From the NCBI GenBank assembly GCA_021443605.1, contig JABUTQ010000051.1, positions 1-56,086 on the forward strand: a DNA stretch of 56,086 bases. The letters are read 5' to 3'. The position numbers and the translations under genes are program-made. Of this stretch, positions 52,964 through 56,086 are shown one piece after another. The stretch is from Bacteroidales bacterium. GTDB taxonomy: Bacteria; Bacteroidota; Bacteroidia; Bacteroidales; UBA932. How positions within the stretch are numbered: the stretch's first letter is position 1; the number at the start of each line of letters is the position of its first letter. The notes under the pieces were generated by a model. The model did no database searches and was not told the DNA's origin. It was given only the letters and a program-made list of their open reading frames with translations.

Positions 52964-54256
52964 TCAGATAAAAATAGAAACTCCAAGCACCCATTTCCAG
53001 CAAGGGATGACTTCAATCTTGCCGTATTCATCTTCTATTGTCTGCTGTTCATCGTATGTAATGATTAGCCTTCTATTGCAAGGGAGGACATTTGGCAATT
53101 TTTGAAGTGTCTTGACCTCCCTTTCACGAGTTTCTTCATCTTTTGCAATAGAGTATGAAACCTGTATAGCAATTTCATCTTCAGGTATATAGAAATCCAC
53201 TTCTACATTGTCATTGTAAAAGAAGACTCGCTCGTTATCAGGGGCATGCCCATAGATGCGAAATAGCTGTAGTGCAACAAAATTCTCAAGAAGGGCGGTT
53301 GTGGGATCGACAAGGAGGAGACTCAATATTCCATTGTCCACAAAATAGTACTTACAATTGGTTTCCTTCTCTGAAAAAGAAGATGCCCTATTATGCAAGC
53401 GAAACAAAAGCCAAGCATCTTCGCAATAAGAGATGTAGCTGATTGTAGTAGGAACGGAAATTTTGCCGCCAATACTTGAAAGCACCTGAGCCAGACGTGA
53501 ATACGATATCGGCCGCCTAACTGTCTCAGATATTTTTTTTATCAGCAGACGAAGCAAATTCGGATTGCTTATCTTATTTCTGGTACAGATATCGCCGAGA
53601 TATATCTTCTGATATACCGAACTTATATAATTTCTCTTGACAGGCAGGCCAAGACTATCCGGAAGTCCTCCCCATTTCAGATATTCCCCATATGCGCGTA
53701 ATACATCAACACGACCGTGTTTGCTCAAAAGAGTCTGTTCATCGTAAGATATTCCTGCCCAGCGTAAGCATTCAAGCAAAGAGAATGGATAAACTTCGAC
53801 CGGTAAGTAACGCCCCCCAAGAGTAGTCATCATCTCTTTGGACAGCATCTTGGCATTGGAACCGGTTATCCATACCTTGTATTTTTGATCCGCAATTCTT
53901 CTTGCGTATTTTTCCCAACCATCTATATTCTGAATCTCATCAAGAAAAAGAGCAGGCTTGGCTACCCCTCCCATCTCCATATGACACTCAAGGATGGTTT
54001 CCATATCCAGTATATCCAATCCTTCCAAACGCTCATCTTCAAAATTTATGTATAGAATCTCATTCCAAGAGCCCCCTTCTCGGATAATCTGCTGAATCTT
54101 TTCGTAGAGCACGAACGACTTGCCGGCTCTTCGGACTCCGACAAATATACAACAGTCAAAACCATCTGTCTGAACATCCCTATGTACAATCTGGAATTGC
54201 TCAATTTCATCCCTATTGTTCCGAAGTATCTGTTTTATGAGAATTTTATCAACCAT
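52964..54256 (-). CDS. ATP-binding protein of the AAA_14 plus DUF4143 type, second copy of the family
   Basis: Walker A GVRRAGKSF and Walker B LFLDEIQ. The C-terminal EVDFYIPEDEIAIQVSY pattern is PD-(D/E)xK-like. Confidence 0.8.
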   Translation of the reverse strand: MVDKILIKQILRNNRDEIEQFQIVHRDVQTDGFDCCIFVGVRRAGKSFVLYEKIQQIIREGGSWNEILYINFEDERLEGLDILDMETILECHMEMGGVAKPALFLDEIQNIDGWEKYARRIADQKYKVWITGSNAKMLSKEMMTTLGGRYLPVEVYPFSLLECLRWAGISYDEQTLLSKHGRVDVLRAYGEYLKWGGLPDSLGLPVKRNYISSVYQKIYLGDICTRNKISNPNLLRLLIKKISETVRRPISYSRLAQVLSSIGGKISVPTTISYISYCEDAWLLFRLHNRASSFSEKETNCKYYFVDNGILSLLLVDPTTALLENFVALQLFRIYGHAPDNERVFFYNDNVEVDFYIPEDEIAIQVSYSIAKDEETREREVKTLQKLPNVLPCNRRLIITYDEQQTIEDEYGKIEVIPCWKWVLGVSIFI

Positions 54257-54324
54257 ATTTAAAATTTCACTTTAAACTTTTATACAAAAGTATAAAATAT
54301 TATTTTAAACAGTACTTCTTTTCG

Positions 54325-54360
54325 AAAATAAAAAACCCCAAAGCCACGCGGACTTTGAGG
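54325..54360 (-). terminator. Intrinsic terminator after rpsF-rpsR-rplI
   Basis: Minus strand: cctcaaag-tccgcgtgg-ctttgggg (8 bp, one mismatch) followed by TTTTTTATTTT. Confidence 0.7.
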
Positions 54361-54406
54361 TCTCAACTAAATAACTTTTGCTTATGAGAAGCCTATGTAA
54401 TGAATT

Positions 54407-54859
54407 TTACTCCTCGCCGACAACCGTAACCTTTACAGTGCCCTTGATGTCGCGGTAGCACTTTACAACGGCCTCGTAAGTGCCTACTTCCTTGATGACA
54501 TCGGCATCAACGATGGTAATGTCCTTGCGATCCACATTGATACCCATGGCGACGAGTGCCTCGGCAATCTGGATATTGTTCACAGAGCCGAATACCTTGC
54601 CTGTTTCGCTGACTTTTGCAGCAACCTTAACTTCGAGAGTACCGAGCTTGGCTGCAAGTGCCTGAGCCTCTTCACGGAGCTTAGCCTCTTTGTGTGCGCG
54701 CTGACGAAGATTTTCAGCGTGAATCTTCTTTGCAGTGGGGGTTGCCATAATAGCCATTCCCTGAGGAATGAGATAGTTGGCTGCGTAACCATTCTTTACG
54801 GTTACGATGTCGTCCTTAAGACCAAGGTTCTTGACGTCTTGTTTAAGTATAATTTCCAT
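54407..54859 (-). CDS. rplI: 50S ribosomal protein L9
   Basis: MEIILKQDVKNLGLKDDIVTVKNGYAANYLIPQG. Confidence 0.96.
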   Translation of the reverse strand: MEIILKQDVKNLGLKDDIVTVKNGYAANYLIPQGMAIMATPTAKKIHAENLRQRAHKEAKLREEAQALAAKLGTLEVKVAAKVSETGKVFGSVNNIQIAEALVAMGINVDRKDITIVDADVIKEVGTYEAVVKCYRDIKGTVKVTVVGEE

Positions 54860-54871
54860 ATCGCCCTCCTG

Positions 54872-55138
54872 TTATTTCAATAAGTCAGTTACATACGGGA
54901 GAAGTGCAAGATGTCTTGCTCTCTTTACAGCCTGAGCCACCTTTCTCTGGAACTTGAGAGAAGTACCGGTGATGCGGCGAGGGAGGATTTTTCCCTGTTC
55001 GTTGAGGAATTTCTTCAAGAACTCTGCATCCTTATAGTCAACGTATTTGATGCCGGCCTTTTTGAAACGGCAATATTTCTTCTTCTTAACCTCTACTGTA
55101 GGGGGGTTGAGATATCTGATATCGTCACTCTGTGCCAT
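54872..55138 (-). CDS. rpsR: 30S ribosomal protein S18
   Basis: [27 protein letters not shown]...RHLALLPY. Confidence 0.96.
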   Translation of the reverse strand: MAQSDDIRYLNPPTVEVKKKKYCRFKKAGIKYVDYKDAEFLKKFLNEQGKILPRRITGTSLKFQRKVAQAVKRARHLALLPYVTDLLK

Positions 55139-55494
55139 TATTGTTCCTCCACTTTGTTTTGTGCTTCAGCCTTCTTTGCGCGACGACGCTCTGCGAATGC
55201 GATAGCATATTTGTCCATAGATACAGTCTGGAAACGGATGATGCGCTCATCACGTTTGTACTGTGTTTCAAGTGTTGCGATAAATTCAGGCTCTGCCTTG
55301 AATTCAATCAGATGATAAAAACCTGTGGTCTTCTTCTGGATAGGATAAGCCAGCTTGCGGAGACCCCAGTCTTCTTCGTACACTACCTCACCATTGGCTT
55401 TGATGAGATCAGAGTACTTGGCAACCGCTTCCTTTATCTGAGAATCAGACAAAACGGGAGTTGCGATGAAAACGGTTTCGTACTGTTTTAACAT
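55138..55494 (-). CDS. rpsF: 30S ribosomal protein S6
   Basis: YETVFIATP...[10 protein letters not shown]. Its stop shares one nucleotide with the rpsR ATG (TAATG). Confidence 0.96.
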   Translation of the reverse strand: MLKQYETVFIATPVLSDSQIKEAVAKYSDLIKANGEVVYEEDWGLRKLAYPIQKKTTGFYHLIEFKAEPEFIATLETQYKRDERIIRFQTVSMDKYAIAFAERRRAKKAEAQNKVEEQ

Positions 55495-55523
55495 TTTAAA
55501 TTATTTATAATTAGATTAATAAA

Positions 55524-55558
55524 GCCCAATGCGGTTTTCGCAAAGGGCTGCAAAGATA
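55524..55558 (-). promoter_or_regulatory. rpsF promoter (-7 box TATCTTTG at 55551-55558) and a nested leader hairpin at 55524-55548
   Basis: Plus-strand caaagata. The hairpin gccc-aa-tgcg-gtttt-cgca-aa-gggc begins about at the predicted TSS. It could also terminate the upstream ATPase gene. Confidence 0.4.
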
Positions 55559-55585
55559 GACATTTTTCTTTTAAATGCAAATAAT

Positions 55586-56086
55586 TCAGTGAATCGCTTC
55601 GCCGTTTATCAGCCAACTGTCAATATTCCGTTCAGCGCTGCTATAATTCACACCGATGCAAATCACTTCTCTGCCGTCGGTCTTGAACTTGTCTGCATAT
55701 CCCATAGTCTCAATTTGCTTGAGGGCGAGCTCTGCCGAAGCATTGAATTTAAATTCGAAGATGTAGATGTACTTGTCCGTCTTGATTGTCATATCCATTC
55801 TCCCCTTGCCGGTGTGTTCTTCCACTTGGACATAGAACCCGCATAGAGTCGTGAGGATATACATCACACTTTGGAAATGCCTTTCCTGGTCAGGCTGCAA
55901 CTCATACGGACAAGCGGACAGAAATGTCTGGAGGCGATTCATAAAGTCATCAATGTCGTTGTTCCTGATTCCCAATACAAATTGGCTGACCTCAAATCCA
56001 GACCTTGCTTTCTCGATGTTCGTATAGTATGGTATAAGGAACTTGACGAACCCTTCTTCAACCTCCTTATTGGGATATCCTAACTT
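55586..56086 (-). CDS. C-terminal PD-(D/E)xK nuclease (PDDEXK_9) part of an AAA-ATPase-like protein. The 5' end lies beyond the window.
   Basis: GKGRMDMTIKTDKYIYIFEFKF is the D...E-x-K core of PDDEXK_9. I translated 55976-56086 in the same frame and it stays open (KLGYPNKEVEEGFVKFLIPYY...), so the gene continues past the edge. The track start is TTG. Confidence 0.75.
   Translation of the reverse strand, partial: KLGYPNKEVEEGFVKFLIPYYTNIEKARSGFEVSQFVLGIRNNDIDDFMNRLQTFLSACPYELQPDQERHFQSVMYILTTLCGFYVQVEEHTGKGRMDMTIKTDKYIYIFEFKFNASAELALKQIETMGYADKFKTDGREVICIGVNYSSAERNIDSWLINGEAIH

Overview
This 56-kb window looks like a Bacteroidales chromosome. The evidence is two SusC/SusD pairs, recurrent TAnnTTTG -7 promoter boxes with no Shine-Dalgarno sites, lipoprotein signal peptides and a TolC-first RND operon. 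Most genes lie on the minus strand.

Housekeeping content:
- Ribosomal and translation genes: rplM-rpsI, rpsB-tsf, and rpsF-rpsR-rplI.
- Envelope, tRNA and redox genes: lpxK, dusB, ispB and trxA.
- A six-gene operon: TPR protein, U32 peptidase, holB, PSP1/ricT, GldH-like lipoprotein and trmB.
- kbl and sdaA.
- A peptide-uptake cluster: pepD, a POT transporter, an OPT transporter and pepT.
- A four-gene RND efflux operon.

Accessory content sits between these blocks and looks AT-richer by eye:
- Four solo ATPase genes of the AAA_14/DUF4143, Arch_ATPase/DUF234 and PDDEXK_9 types.
- A lipoprotein that fuses a fimbrillin-like domain to a PI-PLC catalytic domain.
- A secreted Ser/Arg-rich protein.
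- A compact three-gene operon at 2873-4343.

I read the 2873-4343 operon as a RelE/Gp49-like toxin, an XRE-HTH antitoxin and a SecB-like chaperone, that is, a tripartite TAC-type module. It is the best candidate here for an uncharacterised system. Together with an adjacent ATPase it is boxed in by clusters of one short intergenic repeat family (core CGTCATYCTGAG).

I recognised no rRNA, tRNA, CRISPR array, transposase or integrase. All homology statements come from reading the translations by eye. No searches were run. The ORF track uses alternative start codons, so I re-anchored several starts to in-frame ATGs.
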